This document shows, in pieces, positions 46,520 through 54,030 of a DNA stretch of 54,030 nt (its first letter is position 1; each line of letters begins with the position of its first letter). This DNA comes from Sphingomicrobium sp. (GTDB taxonomy: Bacteria > Pseudomonadota > Alphaproteobacteria > Sphingomonadales > Sphingomonadaceae). The notes beneath the pieces are model-generated. The model made no database searches. It was given only the letters and a program-made list of their open reading frames with translations, and was not told the origin of the DNA. A program made the translations under genes and the position numbers. Location: positions 1 to 54,030 of the forward strand of contig JBDTXI010000142.1 in NCBI GenBank assembly GCA_040006255.1. Direction: 5' to 3'.

Positions 46520-47847
46520 GACGGCAGGACCGCGTCCAACGTGTCGGCGAGCAAGTCGATGATCATCTCGAGTTCGTCATCACTGACATTGTACGGCGGC
46601 GCCACGAGGATATGATCGCCTTGGCAGCCATCGATGGTACCGCCGCCCGGATAGATCAGCAGCCCCCGACCGAAAGCTGCGGCCTTTACCCGCTGATGCA
46701 TAGCCAGCGCCGGGTCGAACGGCGTCTTCAGCGTGCGATCGGCAACCAGCTCGATCGCCTGGAGCAGTCCGCGGCCGCGGATGTCACCGACATTGGGATG
46801 ATCCCCGAAGCGCTCCGCAAGCAATCGCCTTAACCTCGCTCCGCTGGACTGGACGCGATCGAGCAGTCCATCCTCGCGGATGATACTTTGCACGGCGAGC
46901 GCCGCGGCGCAGCCGATCGGATGCGCGTTGTAGGTTTGTCCATGCTTGAGCGCGGCGGAATTGTCCGCGACAGCATTGTAAACCTCAGTCGTGCACACCA
47001 CCGCTCCGATGGGCTGGTAGCCCCCGCCTAGGCCTTTCCCCAACGTGACGATGTCCGGGAAGACCTGGTCCTGCTCGCATGACAGGAATGTACCGGTCCT
47101 GCCGGAGCCGCACATCACCTCGTCGAGAATCAGAAGCACGCCGTACCGGTCGCAGATCTCGCGCACCCGGCGGAGGTATCCGGGGACTGGCGGCACTGCG
47201 CCGGCGGTTGCCCCGACCACGGTTTCGGCGACGAAGGCGATGACGGTTTCCGGACCGAGACGCAGGATTTCCTGCTCGAGCGAGTCAGCTGCCCTGCGCC
47301 CGTATGCCTCCGGACTCTCGCCCGGCTCGGCAAAGCGGTACTCGAAACATGGATCGACCAGCGAGACGTCGAAGAGCAGCGGCTGATAGGGAGCTCGGCG
47401 CGAGGCGCTTCCACCCGCGGCGAGCGCGCCGAGTGTGTTTCCATGATAGCTCTGACGTCGGGCGATTAGTCGGCTGCGTCCCGCGTCTCCCCGCTCGAGA
47501 TGATATTGCCGGGCCAGTTTCAGGGCAGCCTCGATCGCCTCCGAACCGCTGCTTGTGAACCACACCCGATCAAGCGCGCCCGGCGACATGTCCGCAATGA
47601 CGGCCCCCAGCTCTTCGGCTGCCTTGGTCGTGAAGAATCCTGTGTGGACATACTCCAAGTCAACGGCTTGGTCCGCCATCGCCGCAATGACACGAGGGTG
47701 AGCGTGGCCGAGGCACGACACGGCAGCTCCGCCGCACGCGTCGATATAGCGGCGCCCGCCGTCATCGATCAGGAATATCCCTTCTCCCCGAACAGCAACG
47801 GGAGACTGGGCTGACGTGGACCGTTGGAAAACGTGTTCGGCGGTCAT
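46516..47847 (-). CDS. Class III PLP aminotransferase
   Basis: IDACGGAAVSCLGH, SGSEA, SYHGNT, ILDEVMCGSGRTG, LGKGLGGG. Confidence 0.93.
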   Translation of the reverse strand: MTAEHVFQRSTSAQSPVAVRGEGIFLIDDGGRRYIDACGGAAVSCLGHAHPRVIAAMADQAVDLEYVHTGFFTTKAAEELGAVIADMSPGALDRVWFTSSGSEAIEAALKLARQYHLERGDAGRSRLIARRQSYHGNTLGALAAGGSASRRAPYQPLLFDVSLVDPCFEYRFAEPGESPEAYGRRAADSLEQEILRLGPETVIAFVAETVVGATAGAVPPVPGYLRRVREICDRYGVLLILDEVMCGSGRTGTFLSCEQDQVFPDIVTLGKGLGGGYQPIGAVVCTTEVYNAVADNSAALKHGQTYNAHPIGCAAALAVQSIIREDGLLDRVQSSGARLRRLLAERFGDHPNVGDIRGRGLLQAIELVADRTLKTPFDPALAMHQRVKAAAFGRGLLIYPGGGTIDGCQGDHILVAPPYNVSDDELEMIIDLLADTLDAVLPS

Positions 47848-47942
47848 TGTCGCACACTAACGGTTGCAGCGGCGGCATCAACGTTGCTGCTGTTCTTCTT
47901 TCGGCAGCCATCCTACGCTCTTCTCGAGGCACGAGAGGGGAC

Positions 47943-50354
47943 ATGCGAATAGCAGCTGTTATTCTTGCAGCGGCAATGGCGACCGCAGCGCCGGTAAATG
48001 CCGAGCTCAGCCTCAATCGCGCCGGAATCAGCCATCTTCCGAATGGCCTGACCGTGATCATGCTGGAGGACCATAGTTTTCCGATCGTCAGCGTGCAGAT
48101 GCTCTACAAGAGCGGTTCGGCCGCCGAGACTACCGGAAAGACCGGTCTCGCCCATTTCCTCGAACATCTCGCCTTCCGGGCAAGCAAGAATTTTCCCAGC
48201 GAACGGGCAACCGAGCTGATCTACGACGCCGGCGGGGAATGGCATGGCTACACCGCGATGGATCAGACGACCTATTTCGCGACCATGCCCAGTGACGGCC
48301 TCGATCTGTTGCTCAAGATCGAAGCGGACAGGATGGCGCGGACGGTGATCAATCCCGCCTCGATCACGGCCGAGAAGGGCGCGGTGATTACCGAGCTGCA
48401 CAGTTACGAGAACGACCCGGCATCCGTCCTTCAGGACGCGGTCACAAGAACCGCGATCCAGGCGCATCCGTACGGGAGTCCGATGGCGGGTTACGTCAGC
48501 GATGTGCTGGACCTGACCGCGGAAGACGCGCGCGCATATTATGCAGGTCACTACGCGCCGGGGAATGCCGTCCTCGCGATCGTCGGTGACTTCGTCCCTG
48601 CGCGCGCGCGCGCGTTGGTTTCGCAAGATTTCGCCGATGTGCCGGCTAGGCCGGTCGCGGAGCCGAGCTTTACCGTCGAGCTGCCGCAACGTGGGCAACG
48701 GAAGATCCAATTGTCCGGCCCCGTGGACCGGCAATATTTCCTGCTCGCCTTTCCGTCCTGCGCTGCGTCCAGTCCGGACTTCCCGGCGTTTCTCGTACTT
48801 CAGGAAATTCTGTCCGGCGGCTCAGGCGTCAACCTGCACCAGAGCGGCTGGTCAGCGACTCAATCGCTTAAAGGCTCAATGCTGTTTGGAGCGGCTGGCG
48901 ACATCGCGACCTGGCTGCCACCTACGCATGAGCCGTTCCTTTTCACCATCGGCGGGTCGATCGGCTTGAACGCGGATCGCAGCGCGCTCGAGCGCGACCT
49001 TCAACAGCGCATCTCGAGGATCGCGGAACGCCCAACGGCGGAGCGGCGCCTTCAGCAGGCCAAGGCCGCGGTGGTTCGCGCGATCTCCGAGGATGTGCAG
49101 ACAACCGAGGATGCCGCTCACCAGCTCGCCTTTTTCGAGGGCGTTGACGCGCTTGATGCGCTGCTCGGCATGCCGCAGCACATAAGGGCCGTCAGCGCCG
49201 CGGACGTTCAACGCGTCGCTCGGGCATACCTGCGAACGGAAAGCTCTACCGTCGGTTGGATGGTTCCGGGGAGATTACCTTCCACACGGCCGGGTGCGGG
49301 CGACCCGCAGCCGGCAGCTGACCGGCTCGGAGCCGTCCCGGTCACTGTCGCGGCGGGCGAGCCGCAGCTGCGCCATCTTTCACGCGGGCTGCCGGCCATC
49401 GTTCAGTCAAACCCCCTTTCCGAAACGGCCACCGTCGAGTTGCTCTTGTCTGGAGCGATTGAAGCCGGGGCACATCCCGCGGAACTGCCGGGGCTCGATG
49501 CGGTCGTTCGCTCCGGCACGCCAGAACATCTCGACGCCCTGATCGTCCAATCCATTGCTGCGGCGCGTCAGCCGCAAACACGCTCAGAACAGGCGAGCAA
49601 AGATCCTGTAACGCGCCTGCAGGAGCTAATCTTCGCGCACACCGGTACTCACGCGACCACCGCACCGAAGCCGCTGGCCGTGATCGTCAGCGGGAAGGTT
49701 GAACCGGGGCAAGCCTTCGCTGTCCTCGAGCGGGCGCTTGGCCCGACTGCGCCGGGCAAGCTGGCCGGCAAAGCGCCGCCTGCCGCTTCCCCTACCCTGC
49801 GCCTGGTTCGCGAACGAATCTCCAAGCCGCTGTCGCAAGGCGCAATGGGCTATGTCGTCGAGGGTCCGCCGCTCGGCACTCGCCAGGCGCTGGCGTGGCA
49901 AATGCTGCTTTATGTCCTGACTCACGATTATTCGGGCCGGCTTGGCCGTTCGGCCATAACTGACAAGGGGATTGTCTATCACATCCACAGTGATTTTCGG
50001 ACGGACGGCGGACGCACGTGGGCGACAATCTCGACCGGCGTGGACCCCGACAAGGCGGATGCGATGGAAGCTGAGCTCAGAACTGAGCTCGCAAGACTCG
50101 CCAGCGACCCGCCCTCGCCTGGCGAAGTCGCCGCCGCACGAGATCACCTCCTCGGCCGAGATCTGACGGCCGCTCAAAGCAACGACGAATTGACTAGCAA
50201 GCTCGGTCGCGAATTCATCGAAGTCGGCGCCTTGCGCTCACATGAGCAGCTCCGCGCTGAACTGATGAGCATCTCACCCGCTGATCTTGCGGTGGCGACG
50301 CAAGCATTCGCCCGCGGAACGATCATCCGCGTCGACGTGCTTTCCCGGGACTGA
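47943..50354 (+). CDS. Secreted M16 (pitrilysin)-family zinc peptidase
   Basis: Signal peptide; LPNGLTV, TGLAHFLEH (HxxEH), EKGAVITE. Confidence 0.88.
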   Translation: MRIAAVILAAAMATAAPVNAELSLNRAGISHLPNGLTVIMLEDHSFPIVSVQMLYKSGSAAETTGKTGLAHFLEHLAFRASKNFPSERATELIYDAGGEWHGYTAMDQTTYFATMPSDGLDLLLKIEADRMARTVINPASITAEKGAVITELHSYENDPASVLQDAVTRTAIQAHPYGSPMAGYVSDVLDLTAEDARAYYAGHYAPGNAVLAIVGDFVPARARALVSQDFADVPARPVAEPSFTVELPQRGQRKIQLSGPVDRQYFLLAFPSCAASSPDFPAFLVLQEILSGGSGVNLHQSGWSATQSLKGSMLFGAAGDIATWLPPTHEPFLFTIGGSIGLNADRSALERDLQQRISRIAERPTAERRLQQAKAAVVRAISEDVQTTEDAAHQLAFFEGVDALDALLGMPQHIRAVSAADVQRVARAYLRTESSTVGWMVPGRLPSTRPGAGDPQPAADRLGAVPVTVAAGEPQLRHLSRGLPAIVQSNPLSETATVELLLSGAIEAGAHPAELPGLDAVVRSGTPEHLDALIVQSIAAARQPQTRSEQASKDPVTRLQELIFAHTGTHATTAPKPLAVIVSGKVEPGQAFAVLERALGPTAPGKLAGKAPPAASPTLRLVRERISKPLSQGAMGYVVEGPPLGTRQALAWQMLLYVLTHDYSGRLGRSAITDKGIVYHIHSDFRTDGGRTWATISTGVDPDKADAMEAELRTELARLASDPPSPGEVAAARDHLLGRDLTAAQSNDELTSKLGREFIEVGALRSHEQLRAELMSISPADLAVATQAFARGTIIRVDVLSRD

Positions 50355-50395
50355 CTGAGATGTAAGCCGAGCGGACCCTCTGTAATTTTCGGGTG

Positions 50396-51706
50396 CTATG
50401 TTGGAGCGGCTTTCTCCGCCGAGATCGCTACGCGCGAATTGAGGCGGCGCATGACGGTGCGAATGGCCAATCCCGCGGCGAGCAGTACCAAACACCAAAG
50501 GCTGGCTTCGAGGCCGACCCCGTAGATGGCAAAAGCAATGAACGTAACGGCGATCGCGATGATCGCGCGCGGGCCGAGCGTCGGGCTGAGCTTCCAGGCC
50601 GCTAATGCGCTGGCGAAATAAAGGACGATGATCGCCGCCGTCGACAGCAGGATGATGAAAGTGAACAAATTGGCTGTGGCGCGGCTGCTGTTGGCGAGCA
50701 GGAGGAGGACGGTGAGCCCGGATCCGACGAGTTGCGCCACGACCGGAGTGTTGACGCCGCGCGTTTTTGCCATGACGGCCGGCAGGTCGCCGCGCAGGGC
50801 CATGGCATAGCCGAGCTCGCCGGTGGCCAGTATCAGCCCATTCAGGCAACCGAACGCACTGATTGCGATTGTCAAAGCTGCGAGTGATGCGACGCCGTGT
50901 CCCCAGTTGGAGACCAGGGCATCAGCGTATGGCGCGGCCGAAGCCGCGACAACGTTAGCGGGCAAGAGCAGCTGGATGCCAGTCCCCGCGAGCAGGTACA
51001 GGATCACGACGAATGTCGTGCCGACAAACAATGCGCGCGGGATGGTGCGTGCGGGATGGGCGACTTTGCCGACGGGGGTCGTGGCGCCTTCGAAGCCCGT
51101 CAGTGCAAAGAAGGTCAATGCAGTGGCCGTGGCCACATTGGCGAAAGTGATCGCGAGTGGCGGCAGCGGCTCGTAGCTGGCGCCACTCGCACCGCGTTGA
51201 ACGAACAGCCAGATGACGGCCAGCAGCGGTAGGAGCTTAATGACTACGGTCACCACCGAAAGTCCGCCGGCCGCACGCACCCCAATCGCATTGACGGCGG
51301 TGAGCAGAAGAACGCAGCCGATGGAGACGGGAACGATGAGTCCCGGCCCGCCGAACTGCGATCCAGCGAATGACAGGGCCGATGCCGCACCGATGGCGAC
51401 CGACGCCTGCGCCGTCCAGTTGGAAACCCAGAACGCCCACGCGACGACGAACGCGATAGTCGGCCCGAATTCGCGCTCCATGTTGGCTTGGATGCCGTCG
51501 CCGCCAAGGCGCGACAATTGTGCCATAGCGAAGACGATGCACACCACACCAACGCCGCTGACCAACCAGCCGACCAAGACATTACGCCCAAGCGGCGCAA
51601 GGCTAACCGGGAGCATGAAAATTCCCGATCCGATAATCGTCCCGACCACCAGTGCAGTGGTCATCCAGATCCCGATCGTCTGCGGCTTTTCGCCATGTTT
51701 TGTCAT
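50396..51706 (-). CDS. APC-family amino acid/amine permease
   Basis: LVVGTIIGSGIFMLP, FFALTGFE, P.RTIPRA; about 12 TM segments. Confidence 0.92.
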   Translation of the reverse strand: MTKHGEKPQTIGIWMTTALVVGTIIGSGIFMLPVSLAPLGRNVLVGWLVSGVGVVCIVFAMAQLSRLGGDGIQANMEREFGPTIAFVVAWAFWVSNWTAQASVAIGAASALSFAGSQFGGPGLIVPVSIGCVLLLTAVNAIGVRAAGGLSVVTVVIKLLPLLAVIWLFVQRGASGASYEPLPPLAITFANVATATALTFFALTGFEGATTPVGKVAHPARTIPRALFVGTTFVVILYLLAGTGIQLLLPANVVAASAAPYADALVSNWGHGVASLAALTIAISAFGCLNGLILATGELGYAMALRGDLPAVMAKTRGVNTPVVAQLVGSGLTVLLLLANSSRATANLFTFIILLSTAAIIVLYFASALAAWKLSPTLGPRAIIAIAVTFIAFAIYGVGLEASLWCLVLLAAGLAIRTVMRRLNSRVAISAEKAAPT

Positions 51707-51798
51707 GCGCCCCCCAAGCAGCCTTGGTAGCCCCCTGGATCCGCCTAGTCGCTTCTTTCTCCGTATTGTAGCCTTGGCCTAGGACTGCTTTCTCACTC

Positions 51799-51828
51799 AA
51801 TGGCAGGAATGGGTCGAAACCGGACGTT
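51799..51828 (-). repeat. 30-bp site, copy 10 (opposite orientation)
   Basis: Reverse complement reads AACGTCCGGTTT-CGACCC-ATTCCTGCCATT. Confidence 0.8.
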
Positions 51829-51967
51829 TCCTTATGTCGCGATTGGTGGAGAGCAGACAGGGCGCTCTATCCGCGCAAAGTCAATTCACGCAACCATTGC
51901 CCCGAGTGATCCGCGTCGAAATCGCTTCTGTAGGGTTTCACACCGACCGCATTGAATGCCGCTTCAC

Positions 51968-52135
51968 GCACCGGCTCCGGACGGGAAGTTTTCTCATCGC
52001 ATCCACTTCCCCGAGCCGCTGCATTGCGCGCGTTGCACCGCAACATTCTCAAAAATGCACCGCACTCCGGACGAGAAGTTTTCTCATCGCAGCCGCTTCC
52101 CCAAGCCGCTGCATTGCGCGCGTTACACTGCAACA
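51968..52135 (+). repeat. ~90-bp repeat family, copy D (~1.9 tandem units, 90-bp period)
   Basis: Two tandem copies of CTCCGGACG(G/A)GAAGTTTTCTCATCGCA..C.CTTCCCC.AGCCGCTGCATTGCGCGCGTT.CAC.GCAACA. Confidence 0.92.
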
Positions 52136-52284
52136 AATCGAGAGCTACCGCCTTGCTCATTCCTTCCAGACCCCACTTCAACGCGCAGTAAAGTGAACTG
52201 TTCGCTCACCATTCTGCGGATATTGACCACAATGGACTGCTGGCGCAGCAAGCCCGCCTAGGTCTGGAACTAAGCGCTGTGGAT

Positions 52285-53772
52285 TCAGATCGGAAGTCGG
52301 CCGCTCATATAGGGGTCGGCCGGAGGCGCATCGGGCACGTGCAGCGTGGGCCGCGGCCTCGATGCAGCCGAACGTAACCACTCAGGTCCGCCCGGTCGTT
52401 GGCGAATCGATCGGTCATTGCGGGTTTGCACGAGGCCAAAGATCGGACTGACGCGGTAGCCTGGTGCAGCGTCGCCAAATGCCCAAGCCAGATTGCCATA
52501 AGTTGAGGGATCACGCCCGTCGAGACTTAGCCGATCGTTGAGGTAGCACGCCGTCGCCCAACCAGTCCGAGGATCAGGCGTCATCGCGATGATCCGCTTC
52601 GCCCAGTACATCCGCAAATTGTTATGCATCCATCCGTCGATCAAATATTGCTTCTGGCAGGCGTTCCACGTTTCGTCGGCGGTTTCGCCATGGACGAGCG
52701 CCCAGAGCGTTTCCTTCTCCGGCCGCGGGTCACCGGCGTGCTCCGCCAGCTGCGCGCGCGCCCAGTTCGGAACGCGATCATATGCTTCGGGCACGCGCAT
52801 CGTTCGGGCCTTGTAATGGAACCACTCGCGCCAAGTGAGGAGTTCATCGGCAAACTTGTCCTGGCTGATCGGGGAAGCGATGGAAGCCTTGATCGCGGCC
52901 ATGATCTCGCGCGGTCCGACGACCCCGAAGTGCAAATAAGGCGACAACGTGCTCGCGCCCTCCGGTCGCGCGGCATTGCCGCGAGCGGCCGCATACGCGG
53001 GCAGAACCTCCCGGGTGAGCCTCGCCAAGCGAAGGAGCACCTCGTCCCGCGATCCGGGAAGCATGATACTAGGCGGCAGGTCATGATCAATTTCTAGCGA
53101 GGCGACGAGCGTGTCGAGTTCCTCGTCCGTCAGCGTGCCGAGGCGATCGGGCTCATACGGTAGCGGCCCGTCATAGGCCGCAACGGACCGCTTCTCGTCC
53201 ACCCAGTATCGCCACTGCTCACGCGCCGCCACGTGCCGACGACGAAAAGCGGCGGTCGTGCCCACTCCCTGGTCAAGCGCGGCAGGAGGGACAAGGCAGG
53301 CAGCGTTGACCGCGATCACTGCAGCCTCACCCTTACTGGCAACTAGACTCGCTTGCCACTGCGCCACGAAGGCGGGCTGATCTTCGAGGATGATCGCGGC
53401 TGCGTCGCTCGCGAGCCGGTAGACCAAGCCCTTCTCGCGCTTCGCTGCTCGATCGACAAACTGGATGCAGGCAAGGCCGCGTTGCTCGCACCCCCGCGCC
53501 AGGTCCTTGCTGGCGCCCATGATGAACCGATGAAGACGAGCGGAGGCGAACGGATAGTCTTCACGCAGCCCGTGATAAACGAGGACCGGCAGACTGAGCT
53601 CATTGCCAAGCCGAACCGCAGCATCGATGACAGGGTTGTCGTGGGATCGAAGCGCCTGCTGAAGCCAGCAGAGGACGTACCGTTTATCGGGACGCACATC
53701 ATGCTCGTTCAGACGACGGCAACGGGGGAAGTCGGACCAGCTCGTGAGGCTCTTGGGAAATTCACTTTGCAT
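52285..53772 (-). CDS. Deoxyribodipyrimidine photolyase, class II-like
   Basis: QALRSHDNP, STLSPYLHFG, ELLTWRE, GWMHNNLRMYWAK, NDRLSLDGRDP. Confidence 0.9.
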   Translation of the reverse strand: MQSEFPKSLTSWSDFPRCRRLNEHDVRPDKRYVLCWLQQALRSHDNPVIDAAVRLGNELSLPVLVYHGLREDYPFASARLHRFIMGASKDLARGCEQRGLACIQFVDRAAKREKGLVYRLASDAAAIILEDQPAFVAQWQASLVASKGEAAVIAVNAACLVPPAALDQGVGTTAAFRRRHVAAREQWRYWVDEKRSVAAYDGPLPYEPDRLGTLTDEELDTLVASLEIDHDLPPSIMLPGSRDEVLLRLARLTREVLPAYAAARGNAARPEGASTLSPYLHFGVVGPREIMAAIKASIASPISQDKFADELLTWREWFHYKARTMRVPEAYDRVPNWARAQLAEHAGDPRPEKETLWALVHGETADETWNACQKQYLIDGWMHNNLRMYWAKRIIAMTPDPRTGWATACYLNDRLSLDGRDPSTYGNLAWAFGDAAPGYRVSPIFGLVQTRNDRSIRQRPGGPEWLRSAASRPRPTLHVPDAPPADPYMSGRLPI

Positions 53773-53862
53773 TGTGCCTCAACCCTTGTGATGAATGCTT
53801 GCTCCCGAGGGCGGAGCGGACGCCTGCGCATTATCGAGCCGCTAACGGTCGCGCGCGCTACT

Positions 53863-54030
53863 CTAGCGAGCCCAGCCTTTCGCGGCGGGTTCAAGCGTTT
53901 CCAGAAAAGCCCCGGCACTCACGCGATATGCGTCGCGCACCGCCGCATCCATTCGATCCCAACTCGCATACATCTTGGTCATTCGGCGATTGCGGCGGAA
54001 ACGACGCTCGTGCCGTGCAAGGAAATCCCA
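53863..54030 (-). CDS. C-terminus of a cryptochrome/photolyase of the FeS-BCP (PhrB/CryB-like) type; 5' part outside window
   Basis: Manual translation WDFLARHERRFRRNRRMTKMYASWDRMDAAVRDAYRVSAGAFLETLEPAAKGWAR*. Confidence 0.75.
   Translation of the reverse strand, partial: WDFLARHERRFRRNRRMTKMYASWDRMDAAVRDAYRVSAGAFLETLEPAAKGWAR

Noticed and set aside
51844-51851. TGGTGGAG as the second att site
   Set aside because: Only 8 bp match, with no tRNA body or arm repeats
51956-52261. Zinc-finger-like reading of the 90-bp repeat (PLHCARCTATFSKMH)
   Set aside because: His spacing does not fit C2H2, and other copies have single-base indels that break the frame

Overview
GC-rich alphaproteobacterial DNA, most likely Sphingomonadaceae (inferred from gene content and protein style). 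Bases 1-3115 look like host chromosome: the 3' end of ribonucleotide reductase beta, two thermonuclease paralogs and an excalibur protein. At 3144-3241 a 14-bp copy of a tRNA-Ala 3' end plus a tandem 9-mer marks a probable genomic-island boundary. The remaining ~51 kb is a mosaic of cargo modules: ufaD/ufaO-like photo-oxidative lipid genes, a GH43/TonB/halogenase/ABC sugar locus, a run of single-gene units (small membrane proteins, TIR-TPR, PilZ), a D-amino-acid/peptide uptake locus, a DUF2868-DUF3482 GTPase pair, an amine-catabolism operon and two photolyases. The main result is non-coding architecture. (1) Ten copies of a 30-bp site with 12-bp inverted arms around an asymmetric 6-bp core (AATGTCCGCTTT-CGACCC/CCACCC-AAAGCGGACATT) sit between genes or modules. 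Nine are co-oriented, and the ninth lies 3 bp from the stop codon of a truncated tyrosine recombinase (LLLGHTKLESTVRY). This suggests an integron-like cassette system that is not IntI/attC. (2) A separate ~90-bp repeat occurs four times in direct orientation at the junctions of three larger modules and truncates that recombinase. All calls come from reading motifs by eye; no database searches were run.
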